Shown here: piece after piece, positions 23,801 to 38,800 of the stretch | Layout of the letters: the number at the start of each line of letters is the position of its first letter | Numbering within the stretch: position 1 is the stretch's first letter | Source of the DNA: Camelus ferus | Lineage: Eukaryota | Reading direction: 5' to 3' | Length of the DNA: 64,000 nt | Assembly (NCBI RefSeq): GCF_009834535.1 | Contig: NC_045707.1 | Location: 51,090,001-51,154,000 of the forward strand | Made by a program: the position numbers and the translations under genes | The notes under the pieces: generated by a model | Seen by the model: the letters and a program-made list of their open reading frames with translations, nothing else | What the model was told of the DNA's origin: nothing | Database searches by the model: none

Positions 23801-26800
23801 TTGTATTCACTTGTTAAATGTGGAAGGGTAGGTCTGTTAGGACCTTATGCCACAAGCCTAGAAGTGTAATAGAAGGTAATAAGAATATTTTAAATATCTA
23901 AAGAGTTAAACATTGCTACAAGAAAGATTTTAACCATCAAATGACATTCTATTTATACTTATCATATAGGGTCTTAAGAGTTCTGTAGTATTAATGAGAG
24001 TCTGTTATAACCTTGAATAAAATATACATTTTTAGATTCTTAATATTTAAATATGTCATTTACATAATCTGAACATATTTAACAGGCATTATTATACTAT
24101 TATACTGTGATTGATTTGATTAGAAAAAAATTCTTATTATTCATTGAGTTGCCTATTTAATGATGACTAGTGAATCGTTGAATACTTTTTATTTTTTTAA
24201 AACAATACCATATTGCTACCAGAGAAGGAGAGTGATACTGGTATGTTAAAAAATTTCTGGGGCAAGAAAATGATTTGTCAAAATTTATGAAAACCATTTG
24301 ATTCTCTTTATATGTTTGTTATTCATTCTGACTTTCCTTCTCTGGTTAGTGACTTTGTTTTGCCTCTGCAATTTTGAATATCTAAATGATTCTTCATGCT
24401 TTCTTATGTGAACATCTTTTGTCTATGATGCAACCCATTACTAATTCTGTATCTTAGAGCAAACTGTATTATACAAGGAAAACTACTTAGTGACCAAATA
24501 GAAGCAGAATGAATAGCTTAGAAAACCTGGACTTTTTCTGTTTCACTTGACAGCCTCTGACCGTCCCCGGAGTGCTGCTTCCATAGATTTCAATTGCTTC
24601 TGTTCTGGGTTGTTATTTTATTATTTTTTTCTTTTTTCTGATTGACGTGCCTTGTCTGATACTAACAAATAACTTAACGATACTTCCTCTAAGAAATCTT
24701 CGGAATCAGTTACACTTTGGATCAGATAATTTCAGTTTACACACTTCAATTCACTTTCTATTGCTACAGTATATTTTTCAGGTCCCCTAATCACCATCTA
24801 ATTCAATCTCATTTTACCAAAGGCCGTAGAGTCAACATGGTGCTCTTTTTCAGCAAGACAGCTAACTAGACTACTTTGCCATCTGTCAGAGTATCTCCTC
24901 TGCCTACTTCTGTCTTTCTGCTATCCCCTTTGAATTAGTATAGCTTATTACTCCACGTAGTCTGTTCTGACCTCCTTGGGGTAAAGATTTACTTTTACAA
25001 ATCTACTGCCCTAAGTTAATCCCAGATCAACTTCCTGAGTAGATTACATGTGCTTTTACTCACCTTTCTTTCTTTATCTTCTGCCTTCATTTCTGTACAA
25101 TTCTTTTAAAAGTCAAATATTTTATATGTATGTATTCTGTAGATGTATACATGGGTGTAGGTATATTTATGTATGCCATTGTTGGAGAATTAGGACCAGT
25201 GAATCCTCTTTGATAATATTTTAGTATTTGTCATATTATTTTTCCTTATCCAGCACTCTTAGATAATACTGTGTTATCATACTTTGCTTTTGTTATTATG
25301 TATGCTTCAACTGTGTGGAGAGGAAGCACTGAAAATTTACCTAATTGAGTGTAGTAGCTATTTCGTTCCTTTGCTCATGCTTTAAACTCAGGTGCTGTAC
25401 AGTTTCAAAGTATTTACATATAAATTATCTCATTTTGACTATATAAAAATCTTGAGAAGTAGAAAGAGTTCTCTTCCTTAGAGATAAGGAAACTAAGGTA
25501 AGAAAACTAAGGTGTAAGGAATTTAAGTCACGTGCCCAGCTAGTAAGAGATTGGTTCAGATTTGGACTCCAGTCGTCTTATTACTGTCCAGTTGTTTTTC
25601 TGTTCTACCAGTCTGCTTGGATTAGCTAGATATTTGTTAATTGCTATAAGGAAGTGATTACTATGCTTAGCAATACTGATGTATTTAAACTCGAGTCTTA
25701 AAAATTTAAATTTATAAATAAGAAATAGATTTGGCGTATTTTATTACACATGGCAATGAGAATAGTAAAATGCTAAAATGTGAATTTTACTTAAAGGTAG
25801 ATTATTTTACTATGATTTTGGTGTTTTTCTTCACATTTCTTCAATATAATCTGAATATATTAGGCTATAGAATCAAAGAATACAGAAGGAATATTTGATG
25901 CCAATCTGCATTTAAAAGCCCAAGTTGATCAACTTACTGGAAGGAATGAAGAATTAAGACAGGAACTCAGAGAATCTCGGAAGGAGGCTATAAATTACTC
26001 TCAGCAGTTAGCAAAAGCAAATTTAAAGGTGAGAATTGTATTAAATAAAAGAAAATGCTAAGCTTATGAACAAAAGTTTAATGTGAAACATTTGATTTTT
26101 TTTAAATGACTATTTTATGAGAAAATGTCCCTTGAATTAATTCTTTCAACATTAGGAAAGCTTCTGTTCAGATTTTTGCATAAAATATTAAGTGGAAAAA
26201 TAAGTGCTTTATAATATAAAGGGCTACGGAAATTCTACATATATACATAGGCATTTCTAAGTAGAAACTAAAATATGATTTAATTAATTCTTAGCAAAGC
26301 ATTCATCTACTTACTTTTTAAAGATATTCAGTAGGTGGTATAAATTACTGCTTTTAAATTTGTCTTTCTTTAGGTGTAAGAGATGTAATTCTCATTTCTG
26401 AACTGTTCATTTCCAGATAGATCATCTTGAAAAAGAGACCGGTCTTTTACGACAGTCAGAAGGATCAAATGTTGTTTTTAAAGGATTAGACTTACCTGAC
26501 GGAATAGCACCATCTAGTGCCAGTATCATTAATTCTCAGAATGAATATTTAATACATATTTTACAGGTACTGAAAATTTTATATGTGAATAGCAAAAATA
26601 ATTAATAGTATGTTTATAATTTAATCATCATGTATTCCTTTGAGTTCTTAGAATATTAACAGTGAGATATATTTTTTAAAATTTCATTTTAATATTTTTA
26701 ATGGAGGCACTGGGGATTGAACCCAGGATCTCTTTCATGCTAAGCATGCACTATACCACTGAGCTATACCCACCCCCTGCCAAATATGTAACGGATTTTG

Positions 26801-29800
26801 TTGTTAGATGGAATGTTATGAATAAAAGCAATTTGTTCCACTCATCTGAATGAGAAGCATGCTGACACATCTTCATGTGTGCCATTCATATGAAATATGC
26901 TATTGACAGGTAGAATAACATGCAGGTGTTATAAGCTAATAATGTATAAATAAGATAAACCCTTATCTATTGCTGGTTGGAAAAGCAATTCAAGTGAATA
27001 AAGTCTGACACAGCTTTTTAGTGTAATGGTTAGAGTTGTTTTTTTTGTGTGTGTGTTAACTACAAGAAGAAACTTTTAAACAAAATTGTCCTTTATCTCT
27101 TTCTTCCCTTTACACTGTAAAGTGTTAGTTAATCCATTAGCAAATTAGAAAGGGCACTGCCTTCCCTGTGTTTCTCAGTTTTGCTGTTTATATTATGGTC
27201 ATTATAAATGGCCTAATGGGAGATGCTTTTCATTCTTTCATTTGAAATGTGAATATCCACAACATCACATACATTGCAAATACCATTACAAAAATGTGTT
27301 CAGAACCAATGAAAATACATTTTTGATTATAATGACTGCTGTTTCTCCTAGATAGTCCATTTGAGAATATACTTGAGTTATGAATATCAAGTACTTGTAT
27401 ATGTATTTGTAAGTTACATTAACTAATCTTTTTTGAATATTGGAATTTGTACATTGTCAGGGAGGGACAACCTTAACTACTTACTAGAACATTAATTTAT
27501 AAATCATCTTATATCATTACTTTTAAATTTAGCACTCTTCATGACTTTATTTTTCTCCAAGACAGGAACACTGTCAATAATATCAGCATGGCATTGTCAT
27601 GTTGCTTGAGATAAGATTCATATTTGTTTTTTCATCGTTATATACAAAAACGCATGAGAAGCATTGTAGTAGATTAGAGAACATTAACTGGGAATCTGAA
27701 AACCTGTTAAGAGTGGCAAAACAGGTGCTGGACTCCCAAACCTAAGGCAGCATAGAGTGACGGAAGTAGCAAGGTCCTTGGAGTCAGACAGACCTGAACT
27801 TCAGTGTTGGATCTGTAAATACGTAAAGCACCTAGCCCCAGGCTTGGCATATGTGCTTAGGAAATGGTTACCAAGTGTGGTACTAATGAGTGTTTTAATG
27901 TTGAGTAAGTTACTTAATCCTTCTAAGTCTCAAGTTTCCTCATCTTCAAAATGAAGTAATTGGAAAGGATAATTTGGGTGGAGGTATGAATGTGTATGTT
28001 CACAAAAGGGTGTCTGGGGCTGAGTAGCTCGGTAACTCGGGGTCTGTTTGTAACTACTGTAGCTGATAATTTGTATGGTTACTGTAACTGTCATATATGA
28101 TGAAAATAATTTTACCTATTTTATAGCACTTCTTTTTTACACATATTGCTTAATTCTGTATGCCTTAAACTAAGATGTTCAAAATAATCAGAGAAATGAT
28201 CTATACTGCTTATGGATTTGCTGAATATTTTCTTTTATATATTTTTCTATAATCTTGTCAGAATATATTATACCTTCAGATTTAAAATGTATTCTGATGC
28301 TTTTTTTCTTCTAATTTCTAAACCAACTTTTAGGAACTAGAATATAAAGAAAATAAGTTAAAGAATTTAGAAGATTCTCTTGAAGACTATAACAGAAAAT
28401 TTGCAGTAATTCGTCATCAACAAAGTTTATTATATAAAGAATATCTGAGGTATAGTTTTTAGCAAAACTTTATAAATATAATGGCTGCATATTCTTGTTA
28501 AAGATAAGTAACATAAAAATGTTTAAATATTTTTTCTTCATGCCTCTTCACCTTCATTTTATCTTAGTTCTTTATCTAAAAAGTCTATGATACCTTTTTC
28601 ATAGGGTTATTATGAATCTTAAGTGAATTATGCAAAAATGCCCAGGTATGAGCATTTTATGAATTTTATGGCACATATGAACACTTTGTAAATACTATTA
28701 GCAACATTCTTCTTCATCACTGTCATCATTATTTATTATTTTCATAGGGAACTGACCTGTTTCTGCTTATTTCTGCCATCTCATCTGTACCAGTGGACTA
28801 ATATCCTTAGTAATTAGAATACCTGATCAAGGTGATTTAAACACTAAGGCTGATTATTATCTGATCTAATAAGAAACCCAAAGCTAATTATAGGGTAGGT
28901 CGTATTTGGGAATATTATAGTGTAGTTTATATTATCTCCTATCATGGTTGTGAAATAGATGAAGGAGTTCAAGGAAGATGGAACCATCCCCATGGAAGAA
29001 GAAAGGGTTTTTTTTTTTCCACGTAACTTTTTATTTTTACATTAAAAATTTTTCCAGAGGCTTCTGGCAGATTTAGATCTAATTAGCTAGAATTGGATTA
29101 ATAAGCTATACTAATTATTTGTTTAAATTTGAACCATTCAGTGGCAGAAAGAATGATGACACCGTAATGGTTTATGCCAAGCAGATTGCAGGTGACTATG
29201 AAATATCTTTTGGGTAGGCAACGGCGTCTTACCTAGCTTAAGTCTAATGATTTCTTACTTTGTTGGTATTCTAAATATTTCACAAGTATTAATACTCAAA
29301 TTTAAGAGTAGAGTCAGAATATTGTGACTTGATTTCTAGAATTAGTTTGGGATGTTGATTATTTTCCTAATTGTTTTCTGTTTTTTTATTAATAAAATGT
29401 TTAAGATTCAGCTGCAGTTGTTAATAGTGTAACAGTTGTAGACTGATAATTCATAGAATAATGAAAATAATTTGATAAAGTAATTTCTTTACCTTGCATT
29501 TATTAAATGAAAACGTACCTTTGAGGATAAATCCTTTCAAATGGAATTTTGACTTCTTATATTATCAGATATTGAGTAGTTATGATTTATCTTGTTTTAT
29601 GAAAACTTTAAATTTCCATAATCTAAAGCTGTCTCTTCCTATAGTTAAGTATTATATTAGGTTTACTGTGCTGTTATTTTTTTAAGTGAAAAGGAGACCT
29701 GGAAAACAGAATCTGAAACAATGAAAGAGGAAAAAAGAAAACTTGAGGATCAAATCCAACAAGATGCTATAAAAGTAAAAGAATATAATGTAAGTAAAAG

Positions 29801-32800
29801 CTTTTAAAGTCAATATACACTATTATACAAACTAAGATAGCTAGGTTCAACAAGTAATAAAAATGTGACTTTCTGCAGAATTTGCTCAGTGCTCTTCAGA
29901 TGGATTCAGATGAAATGAAAAAAATACTCTCAGAAAACAGTAGAAAGATCACAGTCTTGCAAGTGAATGAAAAGTCACTCATAAGGCAATATACTACTTT
30001 AGTAGAAATGGAGAGACAACTTAGAAAAGAAAACGGGAAACAGAAGAATGAATTGATATCAATGGAGGCTGAAGTCGGTGAGAAAATTGGACGTTTGCAA
30101 CGTTTTAAGGTACATCTGATTTTTTTGACTACGAAAATTTTCAAATTTTAAGAAGAAAGGATAGTATGATGAGTACCCATCACCTGAATTAATAGTTAAC
30201 ATTTATTAACATGCAGCTATAATTGCATCATCTGTTTTTTGTAGGACTACTTTAATTACAGACATTTCTCCCTTAAATATTTTAGTGTGCATCTCTTAAA
30301 AAAGTCTTTTTCTATTTATATAACCACAATGACTTTACCATGCTTAACAAAATTGACTGCAGTACCTTGTATTATCTAATGTCCAGACCATACACATTTC
30401 CTCAGTGTCCCAGGATCCAGTCAAGGACCCTGCATTGTATTTGAATGTTACATGTCACAAATCTTTTTAATACAGAATCCCCCCCGCCTTTTTTTTTCTC
30501 TCTGAAAAATATTGAATATTTATCTGATTATTTTCTAGCATAATTTTACTTCTTCCTCTATCAATTGTATTTTCTAAAACTTAACTCTGAAGCCTTTGTT
30601 ATATTCAGGTTAAACATTTTTGGCAAGAATACTCTGTAAGTAATGCTTTGTACTTGCATCACTTCAAGAGATAGAATGTCTAGTAGTCCCATGTTTCATG
30701 CCTGATTACTTTATTAAGGGGGAGACAGCCATGTATCCCTATTATTAAGTGATTTATTTAACTCTTCAGTGATGTTTTGGTACCATTCAAATGACCAGTT
30801 CTTCATCAATTCTCTTAATGGTTTTAGCATCCACTTAATTGTTGTTGCTGACCCAGTTATTTCATTAGGAGTTGCAAAAATCATGATTTTCTAGTTATGT
30901 TCTCTACATTTATTAGCAGATATTCTTTTGTAAAATAAAGAGCTTTTCCTCATTAGCCCAAGCTCTTTGGTTTTCTTGAAGTATGGTTCTTACTTGAAAG
31001 GAAAGATAAAAGTTTCATTCTTTCCTTTTAATGACAGTTTTCAAAATACGTAATTGGTGTACTCTGCTTCTGCCTGTCCCCTCCCACCCGCTGCACCCTC
31101 CAGCTTTCTCTTTCTTAAGTATTGTAGCAGACTCACACACTTTTAAATAACTGTGTTTTAAGTCAGTTGGAGCCATTATTCTTTTGTTTCCACTTTGGCC
31201 AATGGGAGCCCTTTAAAGCTGTCTATTGTGTCCCTTTGACAGAAATCCATCATCTTTGAACCAGGCTGCAAAGCTTGGTTTGTTTTCTGGCACAACATGA
31301 TGTCCAAGATTTATCTTGTGTACTTCTCTAAAGAGCCCTAGTTCTTTTTAGTGGAGACGGCACTTAGATACCACCGGTACAAGGTGTCATTTGCTCTTGA
31401 AGTATCACTGCTACTAGTCCCTTCCAGGAAACAAGTTAGGAAAATATGTATAGACTTAAACCATGAGTTCATATTATTATTTTCTATTCAAATTTAACAT
31501 TTTAGGGTAAGTAAGTAGTTTGGAGTTTTTACTAACCTTTGATTCTGTGCCTTATATTTCTTTTTTTTTTAAACATGGAAATCTTCAATAAAATAACATT
31601 AAATCTAACATTAAAATAATTATTAGTTTTATACTACAATATTCATACATTAATTTGAAAATAATATTCTTATATTGGGATTAACAATAACAATAGCAGT
31701 GCTACCATATGTAGTTTAAAATTTCTTTACAGTTCTTATTTTCTTTAGAGTATCTCTCACTAAGGATATATAGTCGTGATAACATATTGTACAGTAATTT
31801 GTCTTTGTTTTTGTTTTTTAGTTTGTAAAGTCTTTATTCTTTTTTTAATGTTGTACAATAATTTGAAATAATGCTCCTGTTTGTGTCTAAATTTGCATGG
31901 GAACATATAGACAGAAAAATTCAAAGTAAAATTAAAATGAACTTGAGTTCCTTACCATCCCCTTTTAAATATAGTAATGGATGAAACTGTCATGCTAATA
32001 AACCTGTTTTCAGTGTGAAATGTTTTTGTCTTTATTTTTGTGTTAGATTTTGTAAAATATACTTTTGGGGTATTACAAGTAAGTATAGCTAGTATTTGAG
32101 ATAGAATTGAAGAAAGAACTACAATTTTCTCCCTCTTCAACCTATTGTTCAGCCTTTTGTTGTTGTTGTTACAACAATTGGAAAGCCAAAAAAAAAGGGA
32201 TATTTTTAAGGATGGGGAACATAATCTCTCCCACTGCAAAGAAAAAGTGAAAGTGAATTCCAAGGGTTACTTATTTATATAGAGAAGTTGTCAAAATGAG
32301 ATCTGAGCATTATTAGCAATATTTTCCCCTCATTACTATACTTCAGAATGAATTATAACCATAAATTCTTAATCTTTTTCACTTCATAAGTTTTGTTTTA
32401 CACTCTTTGGATAATGTCTTTGAATAATGACTTTTTATGGCTCTGTAGCTAGAGTAGAACATGTACCAAGTAACTTAAAGGCTTTGATATTATTTGTTAC
32501 AGATAACTATGATGCAGAGAAGCTTTTTCTTCTTAAATAATGTTTTCTTCTTGAGAACAAAATTTTTTCTTATATTTTTAAGCTAATCTGTGTAACTATA
32601 AATGAACAGCAATGGCTGAACTGTCAATGTTACCTATAGTAATGCTAATTTTGCCATTCAGCTGTCAAAAGACAAGTTTTTTTTTTAATTTTATGAATTT
32701 AGAAAAGCCATCCTTAGATACATTCTGAGTGATATGTTTTCTTGCTGGTGTATATTATGCTTTTCTCAAATTAATTGAATTTCATTAACTATGACAGGAG

Positions 32801-35800
32801 TTATAAAAGTATTCACTTTGTTTTTATTTTTATTATGATTAAAAATTTCCAAATAATATTATTTATTATGTGAAAGAAATTGATAATTATTGCAATATTT
32901 TTCCTTACATGAGAAATCTTATATATTTTTAAATGATTCTAAAACCAGTTTTCCTTCAGTTATATTATCTTATCCTTCTCAATAGTGGCTAATGCTTCAC
33001 TAGAAAAAATATACCAACTTAACGCAGTGTATCCTTATTTACATAGGAAATGGCCTCTTTCAAGATTGCAGCACTCCAGAAAGTTATTGATAATAGTGTC
33101 TCTATGTCTGAACTAGAATTGGCCAATAAACAATACAATGAGCTGACTGCTAAGTACAGGGACATCTTGCAAAAAGATAATATGCTTGTTCAAAGAACAA
33201 GTAACTTGGAACACCTAGAGGTAAGTGTGATCCTTAAACCCTGAGATATTAGCCATTCTTCTCTGGTGATATCTTACTGTAGGTGCAGAATGATTTCTGG
33301 ATGACTTCCTCCAGGTCATCCTCCTCAGCCCACTTGCATGATTAAACTGAATCAAACCGCTTTCTGCCAGGCACTTAAAAAGAAAAAAGAACATGAAACA
33401 AGGTATTGTAATCAAAAGAGGAAGCATCATTAAGTACCCATTCCTTTCTCTTCCCCCAGTGCAAATCATTTCCTCATCATCCGTAGTTTTTTGGGATGAA
33501 TGTAGCCAAGAATGGATGAGGTATTGATTGCTCTTTCTGGACCATGGATGAACTCTGCAAATCCCTGTGCTTTCTAATTGTAGAGATAGAGTAGGATAGT
33601 GTATCATTAGTTCAATTCAAAGAATCTATGACTATGGCCCAGACCCTTTGTAGTTCTCTTCAGGCCACTTGACCTCCATACCTGTTACAGTAGGCAAAGC
33701 AAGCTCCCAAGTTTGTTTATCTTCTTCATAAAAATAAAAGCTTATGTCCTTTGGCTCATTCTCTTTTATGATCTTCTCATAGGACTGGAATGAGATCTAA
33801 TTCTTTTGGCTCACAAGCTTACACTCGCTTAGGGCTACACATTCAGAAAACATTCTGAATAGCTTTCAATGACTCTTGCAAAATTATCTGAGTCATTATT
33901 TATTAATACTAACTAGAAATAATCATGATCAGTTTACTTATTATTTTGGCCAAAGAGAGATGATTGTGATAATTTTTATAGAAAATTCTGAATATTTAGG
34001 TGTGTTAAAATTTATTTTCTTTTTTCCCATCTTTCATGTCTGTTCTCCACTCTTCTTTAGCATTAGAAAATCCTAGGTAAGAAATCTGTAGATAACATAT
34101 CAATGTGTAATTTTTAACTTTTAAAATTTATTTCTCCAGATAATATTTTTCATATTTACTAAAAACTTAAAAAAAAAGTGTATTTGTATTGTATCCCTTT
34201 CTCTCCTTTACTTCCTGCATCTCAGTTATAATTTTGAACATATATCTCTTCTGAATGACAGTGTCTTAGCTTTATTCTTTATTATCTTTATTGTAGTAGT
34301 TGTTACCCATATCCTTTTCTCCAGTGTTACATGCTCCTTACTACCACCAGAATGATAATTCTAAACACAGATCTGGCCATGTTTCTCCCTTGCTTAAAAC
34401 CTCTCAAAAGCTGCCGGTCACTTAAAGAATAAGTGACTTTTGTGATTAGTCGCAGTTACCTTACGTCATTTCTTGTGGTATGCTACGGAGTTTCACAATT
34501 TATGTTTTGGAAACTGAGCTACCAGTTTTCTGCAACACAGTATTTTTTTTCTTACAGATATTCTTCTGTATGTGCAATTTTCTTTGTCTTGAAAGCCCTC
34601 CCCCCCCCCAAGTTTATCTGCTTAGGGAATTTCTATTATGTTTCAGAATTTTTTTCAGGCATTATCTCCTTTTCTGTAGCATCCTTTATAGAACTAACTC
34701 ACTCCCTCTGTCTATATTAGTTCTATATCTTATAAATAGTTCTGCTGTTTATATCACATCATATCATATGTGTTTGTATGTCTGCCTCCCCCACAGTAAT
34801 ATAAGCCTCCTGGTATCAGGAACTCTACTTAATTCATTTTTATGGGTTTGGTACCTCCTGTTTGGCACAGAGTTAGAGTTAACAGATGTTAACCTCAGGG
34901 ATTAATTAATAGTGTAGAGCTAGTCAAAAATCATCAGAATGGTGATTGAGAAATCATTGGTACCTTTTGAGAGTAAAGTTTCATGAGAATAAAGGTGATG
35001 AAAGTCAAATTTTACAGTATAAAATATAGAGTGAGTGGTAAGGAAATACAAAATCTGAGTGGGTGATAAGACAATAAAACCTGGAAATTTGATAATAGAA
35101 GAAAAGAGAAATAGATACATGTTGAGGTAGAATTAAGAGGATTTGCTGTGGGTTTTATTTTTTTTAGTTTAGTTTAGTTTTTTTTTTTTTAAATAAAAGA
35201 GACCAGTGAAATTTGAGAGAATGAAGAAATAAAATTTAGCACTATAAAATTTAGGAAATAAAATTTAGGGAGGGAGTGATTGAATATCAGAGATAAGAAT
35301 GGTAGTAAGTAAGAGTGCAATACCAGAGCAGGCTGATGAAAATGAGATCTGGTGCAAGACCACAGTTATCCTTTAATAGAATCTGGAAGTAAGAGAAAAA
35401 TAAAGGGTAGCAAGGTATTTAAAACACCCTAAATCCTTTTTTGTTTTATTCTTATGAATTACAGTATCTAAAAACAGGGTTGTAATTGTGCACATTACCA
35501 GAAAGTCACATTTTATCCCCTTATCTTCCTTTTCACCATCAACATCCCCTGTTCTATTGTTTTTCGTAACACTTATTACTGACGTTGTGTTGTATATTGG
35601 CTTATTTTCCAATTATTCCACTGAAACAAACACAAGTTCTAGGATGGAGCTTGTTTACCATTGAAGTCCAGTGCTTAGAATACCAGGCATATGGTAGACG
35701 TTCTATTTGTTAAAATTAAGAATAAGTGAGCTTAAAATATTATACTTATGTATCAACCCCTACGTTTATGTCTCCAGCCTGACTTCTCAGAGCTCTGTCT

Positions 35801-38800
35801 ACTGTATGGAATTACCTACTTTACAACTCATGTTTCAAGGAAATCTCAAGTTTAACATATCCAAATTGAATTCCTGGTGTCCTGATGTCTGTTTCTCTCA
35901 TAGTTGTTCCTGTTTCTATATATGCCGCTATTATCTACTAAGTTAAAGCACATATCTTAGAGTTATTCTCTAGTCTTTCTCTTCCTTTGTCATTTTTTCC
36001 CCAAATGTAATTAACCTATGTGTTCTCTTTCCTCCGTCTTTACTGCTCTAACTGTAATCTAAGCTGGTGTCATCCCTCATCTGGATGGACCCTACAATAT
36101 CTTCCTGACTGATTTCTCATTTTTCTATTTACCCCTTTATTTATTTGCCACATTTCATTCAGGATAGTTGTTTAAAACTTCTTCCTAAAATCTTTAAATG
36201 ATTTCCTAGTGTGCATTAAGTTAAAATTCAGTTCCTTGTCTTGACATAATACCATGCCTTGCCTGGTATGGCCCCCTGTTCTCTCTCCAGTTTTATCCCT
36301 TTCCACTGCTCACTCTTATTGTTGCTCAGTGTGCTCAGACTCTTCCCACTTAGAGCGCCTGGGTTTACCTGCACATCAGTTCTCTCCATGACTAGTTTCT
36401 TGTTAGGACTGGCTTATTACCTTTGATTTCAGCTTAAATACCACTTCTTCAGTATTTAGATATGCTGCCTTTTATTATTCTTTGGTTTTGTGCTCTTTCT
36501 TTCTAGATACTGATGTTTTTAGTGAATTTTTTTGTTTGCTTATCTGTTTACAGCCTGATGCCTTCCACACTCTCCCCAACTCCTACTACACACATACCCA
36601 CAGACACCAAATGGTGAGGCCGATGAAGGCCAGAATTTTGTCTTTTTCTTTTCATCATAAGCATCCAGCACCTGTCACTAATGGTGTGGTAGGGATACTC
36701 AGTAACTGTATGAATGAGGGAGGTAAGCACTGGTTTGTGATGGTTGTGAAACTCTTGAGTATTCCAGCTTGGCCAGAATGAATATCACAGAAGTCAACAG
36801 TTCAGGGCCACATGTTGAATATACTAGATTTTGATGATTATTTTTAAGTAATATTTTATATATGTGCGTGTATATACAACATATATGTATGTGTGTGTAT
36901 ATATATATGTATTACATGTACAAGAGCTTCTCATTTTATTAAAAAGAAAACCCACTAGATTGTGAGCTTTAAGAGATTATTATATAAAGTTAAGACATTG
37001 TCACTTCTGTGGTATTAGTCTGAACTGCAGGTAGTTTGTCAGTGATGTTTGTTTTATTCAGTGTGAAAATGCATCCCTAAAAGAACAAGTGGAGTCTATA
37101 AATAAAGAGCTGGAGATTACCAAGGAAAAACTTCACACTGTTGAACAAGCCTGGGAACAAGAAAGTAAATTAGGTAAGTACTGTGACTCTGAGAATATAA
37201 AATGATGAAGATCTAATAGTGAATATTTTTCATTTAAAGTTCCTTTTCTATACCAGATGAAAAGGAAGTATTTTGATAAAAATGAACTCTTTGCCTAACA
37301 GCTTAATTTAGCAGGCAGTTGATGAATAATATCTTGTGCTAATCTTTACCAAAATTTGGTTTTTAGTTATTAGATTTGTTTCTAATGAAATAATATGTGT
37401 TAAAAATTTTTGACTAAGCATTTAGCTATATTGAACTATTTAACAATTGAGACTGGTGATAATTTTGAAATATCTGTATTTTAATGATAATATTATGACT
37501 TCTTTCACTATGTGTAAAGTAATATTACAAATATATCATTTGATATTTTTCAATTAAAAATATCACCAAAAAACATAAAAAATTGGAAATAATTTATATT
37601 GCCCATAGTTCCACTACTATATTATCTTTTTTTTGTATTCCCTTCAAACACTTACGTATTTTATATACTTTAAATTATAATAAACATTATATGCTGTATT
37701 TATTTAGTAGATATCAAAATATTTCATGTTTTGTTCATCATACTTATAAATATTTATGCAGTATTTTACTGTTTGAGTGATTTACATTAGCTTTTCTTAT
37801 TTTTGCTGTTGCTCTTAGTACTGAAATGAATGTCTTCATGTATATCTAACAGAGATATTATTATCTCAAAGGGTATTAAAATATTTGTGGCTTCTGCTAG
37901 GATTTTCCATATTAGTTTTTCAAATGACTTTCCTAGTTCACAACATTTGAATAATCTTATCTCGCTTTCATTTTGCTTTATAATTTTCAAATAAATTTGC
38001 TCCTGTGGATAAGGTGTTTTAAATTTGTTTGTTTTCTCAGCCATAGAGCTCTAATGCTATTCAAGGTTTCTGTTACTATTGAATTGGTAACTAAGACATA
38101 TGATTTAAAGAGGCTTAACTTTGAGAAGTCTAAAATAAGCTACTTTTAGAAATATAATTTTTAATTCATTAAGAGATTAAAAGTGAACTTTCATGTGGCT
38201 CTTACCTGAAAGAAGAGACCTTTTTAACTTAGAAAAGAGTATTATATACAGTTTTAGTATGTTCTTTGTTCATTTTACCATATGTCTCTTTAATGAGTGC
38301 TAACTTCATTATAGAAATTTCTTAATTTTCAGATACCTTCATCTTTCCCATACATGGCTATGTATCACTGAAGTTTTAAAAGCTTTTCTTATTTCTTGTT
38401 GCTCTTATATCTTTGTTTAAAAGTGTCACTTTACTAGCTTTTTTCATGTAGGAATTGATCGGTGTTGGACTCTTTGTTACCTTCTCTCTAGGAACACTCC
38501 AAACTCAGGAACGTAACAGATGGCTAGTCCACTGCAACCCCTGTGCTGTGCCTCTCTTCATTGTCAGAGTTTAGCACAAAATAAAATCAAGAAAAGGTTT
38601 TATGTTCTTTGTAGATTTATATTTATATTTAGTACACTTTTTTTTCTTTTTTCTGGTGCTTAGAGTTGCCCGAATGAGTCTTTATTCAGTAATGGACTGT
38701 TTACTAACACTTTTAGCTTCTTTCGGTAATCTGTTACTATTAGTTATTTGATCACTGCTTACAGCAGCTATTCTAAAATTGTGTACTATTTAAAGATACA

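Noticed and set aside
33215..33607. 130-aa minus-strand ORF at the start of intron 26
   Set aside because: No recognisable domain or exon signals; compatible with a chance ORF.
33221..37061. Equivalent of the human LCA10 deep-intronic cryptic exon (c.2991+1655A>G)
   Set aside because: The human cryptic exon is Alu-associated. No Alu is present here and the intron is only 3.8 kb, so no homologous site can be supported.
38452..38596. Possible extra exon in intron 27 (acceptor AGs ending at 38451 and 38491, donor AAG|gtttta)
   Set aside because: Both versions meet in-frame stops in the required phase, and the donor is weak; it cannot be told apart from background.
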